This document shows, one piece after another, positions 17,851 through 27,083 of a DNA stretch of 49,625 nt. The position numbers and the translations under genes are program-made. The notes beneath the pieces were generated by a model. That model did not search any database and was not told the DNA's origin. It worked only from the letters and a program-made list of their open reading frames with translations. Each line of letters starts with the position of its first letter. Within the stretch, counting starts at the first letter, position 1. The DNA lies in the NCBI GenBank assembly GCA_043797705.1, contig JAZDPJ010000023.1:1-49625 (forward strand), written 5' to 3'. Source of the DNA: an archaeon (GTDB taxonomy: Archaea > Nanobdellota > Nanobdellia > SCGC-AAA011-G17 > GW2011-AR17).

Positions 17851-19686
17851 GAACACTGTGTCTTCTTTTGGGTCTTCTCTTTGGTTCATTGCTCTGTTGA
17901 AGTTTTGTCTTTGTATTCTTTTTGCTTCTGTTTCTTCAGCTTGTTTTACATCTCGTAGTATTCTTGCTTTATAGTCTGCCATTTCTCCTGCCTTGTCTTT
18001 GCCGATGTTATAGATGCTGAATTTTTGTTTTTCAGGGGAGGTATTTACTTGCTTTATTTTAAATGGCATATGTTCAGTGTTGTTTTTCCTTTTAGGAGAG
18101 ATTTTGGAGTAGGCTATGTAGGATAGTAGGCTGATGCATACCATTACCATGAGCAAGTAAACAAAGTTGAATGATAGCCATGATTTGCCGTCTAAAATAT
18201 TAAGATCTGTAAAGGTCTCTTCTCCGAGAGGGGTATTTACATTGATTGCATACATTCCGGTTGGGAGCTGTTTGGATAGGTCTATTATTGCTGTATCGTT
18301 TTCATTGATTGTTTCTTTCCTGCTGACTGTGTAGCTTTCTCCATCTCCAACTGCTTGTATTTCAATTGTGTCTTTGAATTTTACATTCCCTAGGTTTTTT
18401 ATTGTTAGGATTGTATTTTCTAGTTGTACTCCAAGGTTTACATGTTTTTTTAGGGTTATTGTTTCCTTGCGTTCAAGTTCATCGTAGGTCACTATTATTG
18501 TCCATTCTCCCGGTACTGAGAATTCTGGGAGAGAGAATATTTCTTTTTTTGCGCTTTGAATGGATTTTGAGGTTGCAAGTTTCCCGTTCTGGTTGTAGAT
18601 TTCTAGGAAGAGATCTTGGTTTATTACATCACTTGCTTGATCGTACAGGGTGCCAGTCACTTCTAGCATGTCTCCTGGTATGAATTCCTTGTTGTTTAAT
18701 CGTATGCTTATGGCAGAGGGTATTGCTTCTATGTATAGCCCTATTTTTGCTAGGCCGACATTTCCTGCATTGTCTTTGACTGCGATTACCACAGTGTGTC
18801 TTCCGCTCTCAATGTTGTGTGGTATTTGGAATGATCCTCTGAATGTTCCGTCAGTCATTTGTGTTGTGTAAGATTTTAGTCCTATGCTTATCACTACGGA
18901 TGCGCTTTTCACTTGCTCCTGCAGGGCTGTTCTTACTTCTCCGTGGATTGTTACTGTGTCTCCAGGCAGGTATTCGTCATTATCCAGTTTTGCTATAACA
19001 CTTAGTTCCTTGATTAGCACAAAAGATGCTGCATCAGTGAAAAATTCTTCATTGCCGAATGTGTCTCTTGCGCGTATTTCTAAAAAGTATCTTCCTTCTT
19101 GCAGTGCAGGCATTGTGTGGGTATATTCAAGTATCCCTTCTTTAACATCAAGTATCGCGACAAGGTAGCTCGTATCATCTTTTTTGAAGTATACTTCTGC
19201 TGATCCGTCTATTTTTGTGTTGTCTAGCCGGGTTATTTCTCCTGTGATTTTTAGTTCGCTGCCAATTTGGACTCTTGGTTCTTCTATCTCAAATGTTCCT
19301 TCAAGCGAGTTTGTTATTTCAAAAGGGTCTGATTCTGCCCAGTCTAAAAGGGTGTCTCCTGTTGTTAGGTCTGCTCTTATCCTGCATGTTCCTTGTATGG
19401 ATGATGATGCGACAAGGGTAGGCAGTTTTATGTCTCCAGGGAAGGTTAGCTGTTGGTTTTTGATAAGTGATACTGGAACCATTTGCAGGGGGTATGTTCC
19501 TGTTTCGCATTCCATTGAGAATTTTAGGAATCCTGTCATTGAGCTGTCATGTTTTGTATATCCTGAAATTAGTATGGGATCTCCGATGTTGAACTTGTCT
19601 ATTTGTGGTCCGTTAATGACTAATGTTGCAGTTGCTGCTGGTAACAGAAAAAGTATAGCTAAAACTATTATTAAACCTCTTTTCAT
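17836..19686 (-). CDS. Secreted multi-Ig-like surface protein with C-terminal membrane anchor
   Basis: Signal peptide, repeated Y/F-x-PGD-x-V-x-I/V-x-G beta modules, a TM helix near the C-terminus and a charged tail. Confidence 0.7.
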   Translation of the reverse strand: MKRGLIIVLAILFLLPAATATLVINGPQIDKFNIGDPILISGYTKHDSSMTGFLKFSMECETGTYPLQMVPVSLIKNQQLTFPGDIKLPTLVASSSIQGTCRIRADLTTGDTLLDWAESDPFEITNSLEGTFEIEEPRVQIGSELKITGEITRLDNTKIDGSAEVYFKKDDTSYLVAILDVKEGILEYTHTMPALQEGRYFLEIRARDTFGNEEFFTDAASFVLIKELSVIAKLDNDEYLPGDTVTIHGEVRTALQEQVKSASVVISIGLKSYTTQMTDGTFRGSFQIPHNIESGRHTVVIAVKDNAGNVGLAKIGLYIEAIPSAISIRLNNKEFIPGDMLEVTGTLYDQASDVINQDLFLEIYNQNGKLATSKSIQSAKKEIFSLPEFSVPGEWTIIVTYDELERKETITLKKHVNLGVQLENTILTIKNLGNVKFKDTIEIQAVGDGESYTVSRKETINENDTAIIDLSKQLPTGMYAINVNTPLGEETFTDLNILDGKSWLSFNFVYLLMVMVCISLLSYIAYSKISPKRKNNTEHMPFKIKQVNTSPEKQKFSIYNIGKDKAGEMADYKARILRDVKQAEETEAKRIQRQNFNRAMNQREDPKEDTVFSMFD

Positions 19687-19825
19687 GTTGTTTTAAGTAT
19701 TTTTTTTATTTAAATACTTTACTGTAAAAATCAGAGTTGTATTTAAGCAGTTTTTATCCATTATAGTCTTTTACTTTTTATCACCCAATAAATTTATATA
19801 GTTTCTTTTGATTTTATCCCCTGTT

Positions 19826-21538
19826 ATGGATTTTGAAACTCTTAGGCACAGCACAGCCCATGTTTTGGCACAGGCAGTAAAGCGGGTTTATCCTGATGTG
19901 AAGCTCGGTATTGGTCCTGCTATTGAGGATGGTTTTTATTATGATTTTGATAAGAAAGAGCCTTTTACTCCTGAAGATCTAAAGAAGATTGAGAAGGAGA
20001 TGAATAGGATTATTTCTGCGGATCTTAAGTTTGAAAAACTATCAAAAACAAAAGCTGAGGCAGAGAAGCTTCTGAAGAATGAGCCTTACAAACTTGAATT
20101 ACTCAAGGACATAGAAAAACCCACATTTTATAAGGATGGTGATTTCATTGATCTTTGCAGCGGGCCCCATATTGGTTCAACTAAGGAGATCAAGGCTTTC
20201 AAACTTTTAAGAACTGCTGCTGCTTATTGGAAGGGAGACTCTAAGAATAAGCAATTACAAAGAATCTACGGTACTGTTTCTAACTCTGACAAGGAATTAA
20301 AGGCTTATTTGCAGATGCTGAAGGAAGCTGAGACTAGAAATCATATTAAGCTTGGTAGAGAGCTAGATTTATTCACAACTTCAGAGGTAGTCGGTCAAGG
20401 CCTGCCACTATTAACCCCGAAGGGAACAACTCTTAAGAGAATCTTGGTAAGGTTTATTGAGGATGAAGAATTAAAACATGGCTATCAATTAACTTCAACT
20501 CCAGTCTTGGCAAAAAGTGAACTTTACAAGATTTCTGGACATTTAGACCATTACAGAAAGAGTATGTTTGTGTTTAATGCTAATAATGAGGAGCTAGTTT
20601 TGCGGCCTATGACTTGTCCCCACCAATTTATGATTTACAAGAGCAAGCAGAGGAGTTACAGGGATTTGCCTATTAAGTATGCAGAAGTTGCAAATTTGTT
20701 CAGGAATGAGGCTTCTGGTGAGCTTCATGGGTTAATAAGAATAAGACAGTTCACTCTTGCTGATGAGCATAATATTTGCACTCCTGAGCAGCTGGAGAAG
20801 GAGTTTGAAGATGTTATTGATAGGGTCAAATATGTTATGAAGTCTCTTGGTTTCAAAGATTATTGGTATCGTTTCTCTAAAGGGGATCCTAAAAGAAAAG
20901 ATAAGTATATTGATAATCCTAAGGCTTGGAAAGATTCACAAGCAACTATGAAGAAGATTCTTGATAAGTTAAAGGTAAAGTATACTGAAGCAGATGATGA
21001 GGCTGCTTTCTATGGTCCAAAGTTAGATGTTCAGATGAAGAATGTGTACGGAAAAGAGGACACTATTTTTACCATCCAAATAGACTTTGCTTTGCCTGAA
21101 AGGTTTGATATGTGGTATGACGGCACAGATGGTAAGAAGCACAGGCCTATGGTTATCCACAGTTCCGCTCTAGGTTGTTTGGAAAGGACGATGGCTATGC
21201 TTATTGAGCAGTATGCTGGTAAATTCCCGTTGTGGCTCTCTCCTGTGCAAGTAAAAATCTTAACAATGAATGATACTAACTTAGATTTCGCTAAAAAGAT
21301 TAAGGAAGATATGCAAATCAAGGGTTTGAGGGTTGTTGTTGATGATAGGAATGAGAGCATTCCAAGAAAAGTTAGGGAAGCGCAGTTGGAAAAAGTCAAC
21401 TATATGGTCACAATTGGTGATAAGGAAGTTGAGAATGGTGTTCTTGCGATTAGGGATAGGGATGGCAAGGTTACTTTTGGCATTAAGCCTAAGGATTTCA
21501 TTACCCGGCTTGTTTCTGAAGTTGAGGATAAGGAGTAA
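19826..21538 (+). CDS. thrS: Threonine--tRNA ligase (bacterial type, lacking TGS domain)
   Basis: RHSTAHVLA, DLCSGPH, LRPMTCP, AFYGPKLD and TIQIDF motifs. Confidence 0.97.
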   Translation: MDFETLRHSTAHVLAQAVKRVYPDVKLGIGPAIEDGFYYDFDKKEPFTPEDLKKIEKEMNRIISADLKFEKLSKTKAEAEKLLKNEPYKLELLKDIEKPTFYKDGDFIDLCSGPHIGSTKEIKAFKLLRTAAAYWKGDSKNKQLQRIYGTVSNSDKELKAYLQMLKEAETRNHIKLGRELDLFTTSEVVGQGLPLLTPKGTTLKRILVRFIEDEELKHGYQLTSTPVLAKSELYKISGHLDHYRKSMFVFNANNEELVLRPMTCPHQFMIYKSKQRSYRDLPIKYAEVANLFRNEASGELHGLIRIRQFTLADEHNICTPEQLEKEFEDVIDRVKYVMKSLGFKDYWYRFSKGDPKRKDKYIDNPKAWKDSQATMKKILDKLKVKYTEADDEAAFYGPKLDVQMKNVYGKEDTIFTIQIDFALPERFDMWYDGTDGKKHRPMVIHSSALGCLERTMAMLIEQYAGKFPLWLSPVQVKILTMNDTNLDFAKKIKEDMQIKGLRVVVDDRNESIPRKVREAQLEKVNYMVTIGDKEVENGVLAIRDRDGKVTFGIKPKDFITRLVSEVEDKE

Positions 21539-22039
21539 ATGGGAAGTTTTGAGAGGCTTAAGTCAGAGTTTGATAAACTTAAGGGGTCTGAAGAGCTTAA
21601 AGAATATTTGAAGACTCATGAGGGTGCTTATTTTGTTTCTGCTTTTCTGATTAGTGGCTTTGATAGTTTGGAAACAGCCCCTTGGATTTTAGAGTATTAT
21701 TGGCCCGAGAACGGTAAGGTTGCTACTTTTTCTTTTGATACTGCTTGGAAAGTGACTGATGATGATAATGTTATGCAAAAAGAGAGGAAGATGCTTGAGG
21801 AGCTTGATTTTGAGATTGTTAAGTTTGATGATCCGGTAGGTAAGGTAAAAGAGGAATTTAAGGGAGAGTCTCCTTTGAAAATGATAGTTATTCTGAACTC
21901 ACAAAATAAAAGTCCGATGTGGAATATTACTGTTTTCACTAGGTCTTTCAAGGTGGTTAATTTTAAGATTGATGCTGTAACTGGAAAGACTGAGAGTTCT
22001 AAGGTTGATAATTTGCTTCAGTTCCAGAAGAAAGATTAA
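21539..22039 (+). CDS. Hypothetical protein (PepSY-like C-terminus)
   Basis: W.I......KIDAVTGK pattern; directly follows thrS. Confidence 0.6.
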   Translation: MGSFERLKSEFDKLKGSEELKEYLKTHEGAYFVSAFLISGFDSLETAPWILEYYWPENGKVATFSFDTAWKVTDDDNVMQKERKMLEELDFEIVKFDDPVGKVKEEFKGESPLKMIVILNSQNKSPMWNITVFTRSFKVVNFKIDAVTGKTESSKVDNLLQFQKKD

Positions 22040-22069
22040 TTATATAAATAAAAACTACTTTTTCCAAGT

Positions 22070-22255
22070 ATGCCGAAAAAACTTCCGGAATCCAACCCTA
22101 AAGCATTTAAATCTAGAAAATACAGAAGAAGTATGTTCAAATTCATATACTCAAAGAAGACTGAAAAGATTCTGACTTACTTCTATTTAGGTCTCTGTGT
22201 TTATGGTGCAGTAATGCTAATATTAGCTAGCTTAAAACTCCTAGGAGTATTCTAA
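22070..22255 (+). CDS. Small membrane protein
   Basis: Basic N-terminus and one TM helix; TATA box about 25 nt upstream. Confidence 0.5.
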   Translation: MPKKLPESNPKAFKSRKYRRSMFKFIYSKKTEKILTYFYLGLCVYGAVMLILASLKLLGVF

Positions 22256-22428
22256 TGCTATTCAATTCTTTTGTTTAGACCTTATTGTTATTTTAATGAC
22301 TGCTTTTGTTATGATTTATAGTTTGATGAAAGGTATGACTCAATTTTGGTGGATTTTTAATTACTCTTTTCTTACACTCAACATATTTGCTATGCTCGGT
22401 AATTTAAGACTTCTAAACAATAGAATAA

Positions 22429-22641
22429 TCAACCAATCCTAATCAGTTTCTCTTTAGATGTGAATCCGGATATTATCTGGGCTGGCTGTTTGAACTTTTT
22501 CCTGAACAGTTTTAGAACTTCTAGGTTCGCTTTTCCTTTTTCAGGCTGTGCTTTGACTGATACTCTGTAAACTCCTTTGTCACATGATAGGATTTCTGAT
22601 TTACCAGTGTTGGCCTTCACTATCGCTTTGACTACTTCCAT
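22429..22641 (-). CDS. DUF167 (YggU-like) protein
   Basis: V.AQPEKGKAN and ISGFTSKEK motifs. Confidence 0.85.
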   Translation of the reverse strand: MEVVKAIVKANTGKSEILSCDKGVYRVSVKAQPEKGKANLEVLKLFRKKFKQPAQIISGFTSKEKLIRIG

Positions 22642-23536
22642 GGTTTAGGTATGAGTATATTGCGTTCGCCGCTACTGCTCCTTGTGCGGCTGCGATCACT
22701 ATTTGTTTTAGGTTGTTATTGGCATCAGTTAGGTCTCCTGCCGCAAATAGCCCTGGAACTGTTGTCATTTGGGATTTGTCTACTTTCACATATCCTTTCT
22801 TATCAGTATCTGCTCCGGCTTGTCTTGCTAATTCATTTGAGGGGAGGTATCCTATTTCTATGAATACTCCATCAAGTTTAATCTCCTGACCGTTATCAAG
22901 TTTAACTCCAGTGAGCATCTTGTCGCCTTTCAGTTCAGCCACATTTGCTTTTGTTATTATCTCTATGTTCTTTTTCTTTTTTATTTTGTCAACAAGTATT
23001 GGTTGCGCTCTAAGTTCTTTTCCTCGGTAGATTATTGTTACTTTTTTTGCAAAGTCTGATACATGCAGTGCTGATGTTGCTGCTGAATTGCTTCCTCCGA
23101 TGACTGCGACTGTTTTATCTCTGAATATTGGTGCGTCGCATGTTGTGCAGTAGCTTATTCCCTTGCCAGAGTATGTGTCTTCTCCGTCTATGTTCAATAG
23201 TTTTGGATGCGCTCCTAATGCTAGTATTACTGTTTTTGCTTCGTATTTTTCACCTTCTTTGGTTGTGATTTTGAAACTGTTCCTGGTTTTTTCCAGTTTT
23301 CCTGCTGTTCCTGTTTTTATTGGCACTTTTAGGGTGGTTACTTGTTTTCTCATTTTTGTTACTAGCTCAATCCCGCCTATGCCATCTATTCCCGGATAGT
23401 TTTCTATGAGGGGAGTTTTTGATATCTGTCCAAGGTCTTTTGCTAGAACTATTGTGTTCAGGTTGTATCTTGCAGCGTATATTGCAGCAGTTAGTCCTGC
23501 TGGTCCTCCGCCGATGATTATGATATCGTGTTTCAT
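22601..23536 (-). CDS. trxB: Thioredoxin reductase
   Basis: GGGPAG, CTTCD, GGSNSA and FAAGD motifs. Confidence 0.95.
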   Translation of the reverse strand: MKHDIIIIGGGPAGLTAAIYAARYNLNTIVLAKDLGQISKTPLIENYPGIDGIGGIELVTKMRKQVTTLKVPIKTGTAGKLEKTRNSFKITTKEGEKYEAKTVILALGAHPKLLNIDGEDTYSGKGISYCTTCDAPIFRDKTVAVIGGSNSAATSALHVSDFAKKVTIIYRGKELRAQPILVDKIKKKKNIEIITKANVAELKGDKMLTGVKLDNGQEIKLDGVFIEIGYLPSNELARQAGADTDKKGYVKVDKSQMTTVPGLFAAGDLTDANNNLKQIVIAAAQGAVAANAIYSYLNHGSSQSDSEGQHW

Positions 23537-23593
23537 CAGTTCCTTGTAGAAAGAGAGGGTTTATATGTTTTTCTTTAGGCCGCAAGTATGCTC

Positions 23594-26323
23594 TTAACTT
23601 GACTTCATGAGCCCGTCGATTATCTTTGTGAGTTTTGCTGCTTCTCTTATGTCTTTGAGGCTGCAGGGGTTTGCGCAGTTTTTGCATTTGTAGCAGGCTT
23701 TTTCTCCTGATGCGTAGTTTATCATTATTGCTCCTGGAACCATGTCGCAGTTTGCATCTACATATCTTACAGTTGTTGAGTCAGAGGATATGAGGGTTAT
23801 GCATGATCCTGTTTCGCTGGAGATGAATCTTCTGTAGGTTATTGGTTTTGATGGATGATCGAGTGTTCCGGATCTTGTGCCTTCTATTGATAGCGAGCGG
23901 CTGCTTATTGCGTTGCTGAGCTCTTCTTTTGTTGTTGACTTCACTATCTGTTTGTAGTTTTTAGTTGCTGATAGTTCGTCGAATGTGAGCCCGCTCTCAT
24001 CAAGAGTTGCCGGTATTGTTATTGTCTCTGCTTCTGGGTTTGTTAGTACTATATTTACTTTTGAGTTGCATGCAATACCTTTAGTTGCCCTGCCTGTGGC
24101 TTTTATGGCGGATGCTGTTGGTAGAGGTTCTAAAGTCGGTTCTACTGGGCAGAATCCTATGATATCCCTTGAGTCATCTTCTTTTGGGATTGCCTCCAGC
24201 TTGGGCATAGGCAGCTTTTCGCCTAATGTGATATCCAAACCAGCAACAGTAATAGGCTCATCCAAAGGAACCTCCAACTCTTCAACAGTGATTTCTTTAG
24301 GGAACGCTTCTTTCATTAGTCTGTCAAATTCTGCTTTGCCTAGGTTATCTTCGATAGGTATTTCTGATTCGTCTTGCCTTTCTTCAAAGCTTCCGAATGC
24401 TGTCTCGAATGTTTCTGTCCATCCTTCTTCATCAAGGAAATCAAACTTTACTGTTTTGTCTTCAGGGTTTACTGTGTATCCCTCGCTTTTTATTTTTGTT
24501 GTCGAGGCCAATTTTGAGACGCCTTCGCTTATTGTCATTTTTGCTTGGCCGTCTCCAATAACTTCTAGGGATTTGGTTCTTATCTGTATTTCTTCTCCAG
24601 CGCTTATTGATCCGCAGTTTTTGTTTTGCTCTTGTAGTTGGGGATTGAGGTCGCATATTTTTTTCTGGAGTTTGTTTTGCTTAAATGCGCTTGAGGAGCT
24701 TTTTAGGTCTTTCACGACTTCTTTGAGGGTTGTTTCTTCTGTTGTCTTGTAGGATTTTATGTGTTCAACTCTGATTCCTTTTGCGTCGTTTAGGGAGATT
24801 TCAAGTTTCTTATTGTTTGAGCATACGCTCATGCTTGGTCCTTCGCTGCCTTCGCAGTCATCAGAGAAGGATATTCTTTCGCTTCCTTTTGGTGTTGTTA
24901 TTTTTATCATGTTTTGTGGATTCTCAAGGCCAGGCACTATATTTGATGGCAGGGACTTGTCTAGTTCTGGAAGCCATGCTTCTAGGATTGTGTTTTCTCC
25001 TATGCTGTCCAGGGTTCCGCTCGGGCTTATTGCTATGTCTCCTCGAATCATGTTAATCTTTTGTGTTGGGCTAGTTATCTCTGCAGACCCTGCAATGTCA
25101 TATCCTCCTCCGATGTTGTGGGTTATCTGGGGCTTTGTGTCTCCTGTCTGCCTTATTGTTGTTGCGCCCACTGCCTTGCTGTCTTTGTAGCTTGTTATTG
25201 AGAACTCTTTTTTTTCGATATTGCCCAAGTCTACATCAAATTTTCCGTTCTTGTAGTTTAGTATGCCTCCTAGAGGTATTGAGTATTCTTCATCTTTGAG
25301 TCTGAATGTATGTGGGTCGTTTTTTGGTACAAATCTTCCTTCAAATAAGGTCCAAATTTTGTCTTCTTTTATGAATGTCATGTAGGTTCCTTTGCCGCTA
25401 TCCAGCACTGTCCATCCCTCTAAATCCATTGAGCAGCTTCCTGAGTTGTAGACATATATTTTGACTCCTGTTTTTGATAGTGTGCATCCTTTCCCTTGGA
25501 CTTTTGCGTTTGTTAGTTCCTTATTGAAGGCGAAAGATATGTCTGTTGATTCTGTGCTTCCGATTTCGCAGTTTTGTATATCCCCAGTAGATGGTGTTCC
25601 TATTTGTGTGCCTGTTACTCCTTCTTCTAGTGAGAATCCTACAAGGCACTTGCCTGCTGCTTGGCTCATGTCCCCTTTGAAGTCAGCGAAAGGCCCTGAC
25701 TGCTGGGCTACTGCCTTTCCGGTTGTCGCTGTTTGGAATGGGACTGCTTTTTGTGAGGCTGTTGCGGCATCTGTTCCTGGAGGGGCCGGTGCTGCTTTTA
25801 TTTGGTCCACATAACCTTTAATCCTGTAAACTTGTGATATTAACTGTCCGATTGTTGGGTCTTGTTTTGATAGTTCTTGCAGACCGTAAGATTTTGCAAA
25901 GGCTACGGGATCTTTTATAGCAGAGGAAGCTGTAGAATAGGCTTGCATCCCGTCGTTATAAATCTTGTAAAGTTCTGGATTTTTTTCACTAATTTCTTTT
26001 GTTAATTCACCTTCTAGTTTGCCTGCTGCAAAGCTTATGGGATTGGAGGTTATACCTATATAGGTACTGTATGCTTGGTAGAGATTTGGTGATGCTTGTG
26101 CTATCTGCTGCATTGCTGCTGATGTTGCGAGGTCTACTAGGCTTCCGGGATTTTGTGCTATGTTGTATGCTGCCGCTACTCCTTGGTATGCCGGGTTTCC
26201 TGCGAGAAGGTTTGTGGCTTGGTCCTTGCCTACATTCATTATTAGGTCGTTTATTCCTGCTGCTTCAGCGATTGATACTAGTAGCAGGAAGGTGATTGCT
26301 GTTATTGCCAGTATCTTTTTCAT
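23594..26323 (-). CDS. Large secreted protein with helical repeats and a possible LysM-like segment
   Basis: Signal peptide, repeated P-x-L-Y/NP..FA units and paired cysteines. Confidence 0.65.
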   Translation of the reverse strand: MKKILAITAITFLLLVSIAEAAGINDLIMNVGKDQATNLLAGNPAYQGVAAAYNIAQNPGSLVDLATSAAMQQIAQASPNLYQAYSTYIGITSNPISFAAGKLEGELTKEISEKNPELYKIYNDGMQAYSTASSAIKDPVAFAKSYGLQELSKQDPTIGQLISQVYRIKGYVDQIKAAPAPPGTDAATASQKAVPFQTATTGKAVAQQSGPFADFKGDMSQAAGKCLVGFSLEEGVTGTQIGTPSTGDIQNCEIGSTESTDISFAFNKELTNAKVQGKGCTLSKTGVKIYVYNSGSCSMDLEGWTVLDSGKGTYMTFIKEDKIWTLFEGRFVPKNDPHTFRLKDEEYSIPLGGILNYKNGKFDVDLGNIEKKEFSITSYKDSKAVGATTIRQTGDTKPQITHNIGGGYDIAGSAEITSPTQKINMIRGDIAISPSGTLDSIGENTILEAWLPELDKSLPSNIVPGLENPQNMIKITTPKGSERISFSDDCEGSEGPSMSVCSNNKKLEISLNDAKGIRVEHIKSYKTTEETTLKEVVKDLKSSSSAFKQNKLQKKICDLNPQLQEQNKNCGSISAGEEIQIRTKSLEVIGDGQAKMTISEGVSKLASTTKIKSEGYTVNPEDKTVKFDFLDEEGWTETFETAFGSFEERQDESEIPIEDNLGKAEFDRLMKEAFPKEITVEELEVPLDEPITVAGLDITLGEKLPMPKLEAIPKEDDSRDIIGFCPVEPTLEPLPTASAIKATGRATKGIACNSKVNIVLTNPEAETITIPATLDESGLTFDELSATKNYKQIVKSTTKEELSNAISSRSLSIEGTRSGTLDHPSKPITYRRFISSETGSCITLISSDSTTVRYVDANCDMVPGAIMINYASGEKACYKCKNCANPCSLKDIREAAKLTKIIDGLMKSS

Positions 26324-26324
26324 T

Positions 26325-27056
26325 TTAGTATTTCACTGCAAAGGATAATTTTAATGGTTTGCTATTTATTTTTGAGTTTTGGTCAATTAATGTGATTATC
26401 ACTGAGTTTTCGAATGGTTCTATTTCTGCTTCTATGTCTTTTTCTTCAGCTATGCTGTTCACGCAGTTTATGCATATTCCTTCGGAGTTTACTGTTTGGA
26501 TTATCTGTTCTGCGGCGTCCAGCAGTTTCCCTAGGCTTATTTTTGGTGTTATGCTAAAGTCTTTTATTGTTTCAGCAGTTTCGCCTATTTTGAGAGTTAC
26601 AGGCATCGTTATTTTTGCTCCAATCTTGCTTTCTTCTATGGTCACTTCTGATTCTGCCATTTTTGGTTTTTCTAGGTCTGCGACTGTAGGGCACAGTACT
26701 GCATCAAGATTGAACACTCTGGATATCTCCGCTGCTATTCTTTCTCTTGGGGGAAATTTGTTCCCTTTGTTGTAGAAGTAGGTGATTAGCAGTCCGTTGG
26801 CATCTAACGCGTTGGTTGGTTCCATGAATCCTCCGCGTATTGCAATGGTTTCAGTTGCATCTGCCAGCCTGTCGCTTAGGCAGTTTTCTATCTCGGTCTT
26901 TGTGTTTTCGAATTGAGGCGGTAGTGATGCTGTTTTTACGAGTCCGAATTCAGACGCTTTTGAGGATATTTCATCTCTGTAGGAGTAGCTGACTGTTACT
27001 AGTGCAACAATTAGAATTCCCATAATTACAAATATTGTTGCTTGACCTCTTTTCAT
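26325..27056 (-). CDS. Class III (prepilin-like) signal peptide protein
   Basis: MKRG|QATIFVIMGILIV prepilin-type N-terminus. Confidence 0.7.
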   Translation of the reverse strand: MKRGQATIFVIMGILIVALVTVSYSYRDEISSKASEFGLVKTASLPPQFENTKTEIENCLSDRLADATETIAIRGGFMEPTNALDANGLLITYFYNKGNKFPPRERIAAEISRVFNLDAVLCPTVADLEKPKMAESEVTIEESKIGAKITMPVTLKIGETAETIKDFSITPKISLGKLLDAAEQIIQTVNSEGICINCVNSIAEEKDIEAEIEPFENSVIITLIDQNSKINSKPLKLSFAVKY

Positions 27057-27083
27057 TATATAAAGTAAAAGAAATAGTTGCTT

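Noticed and set aside
19826-21538. Bacterial-type ThrRS as a novelty
   Set aside because: Bacterial-type ThrRS is already known in several archaeal lineages.
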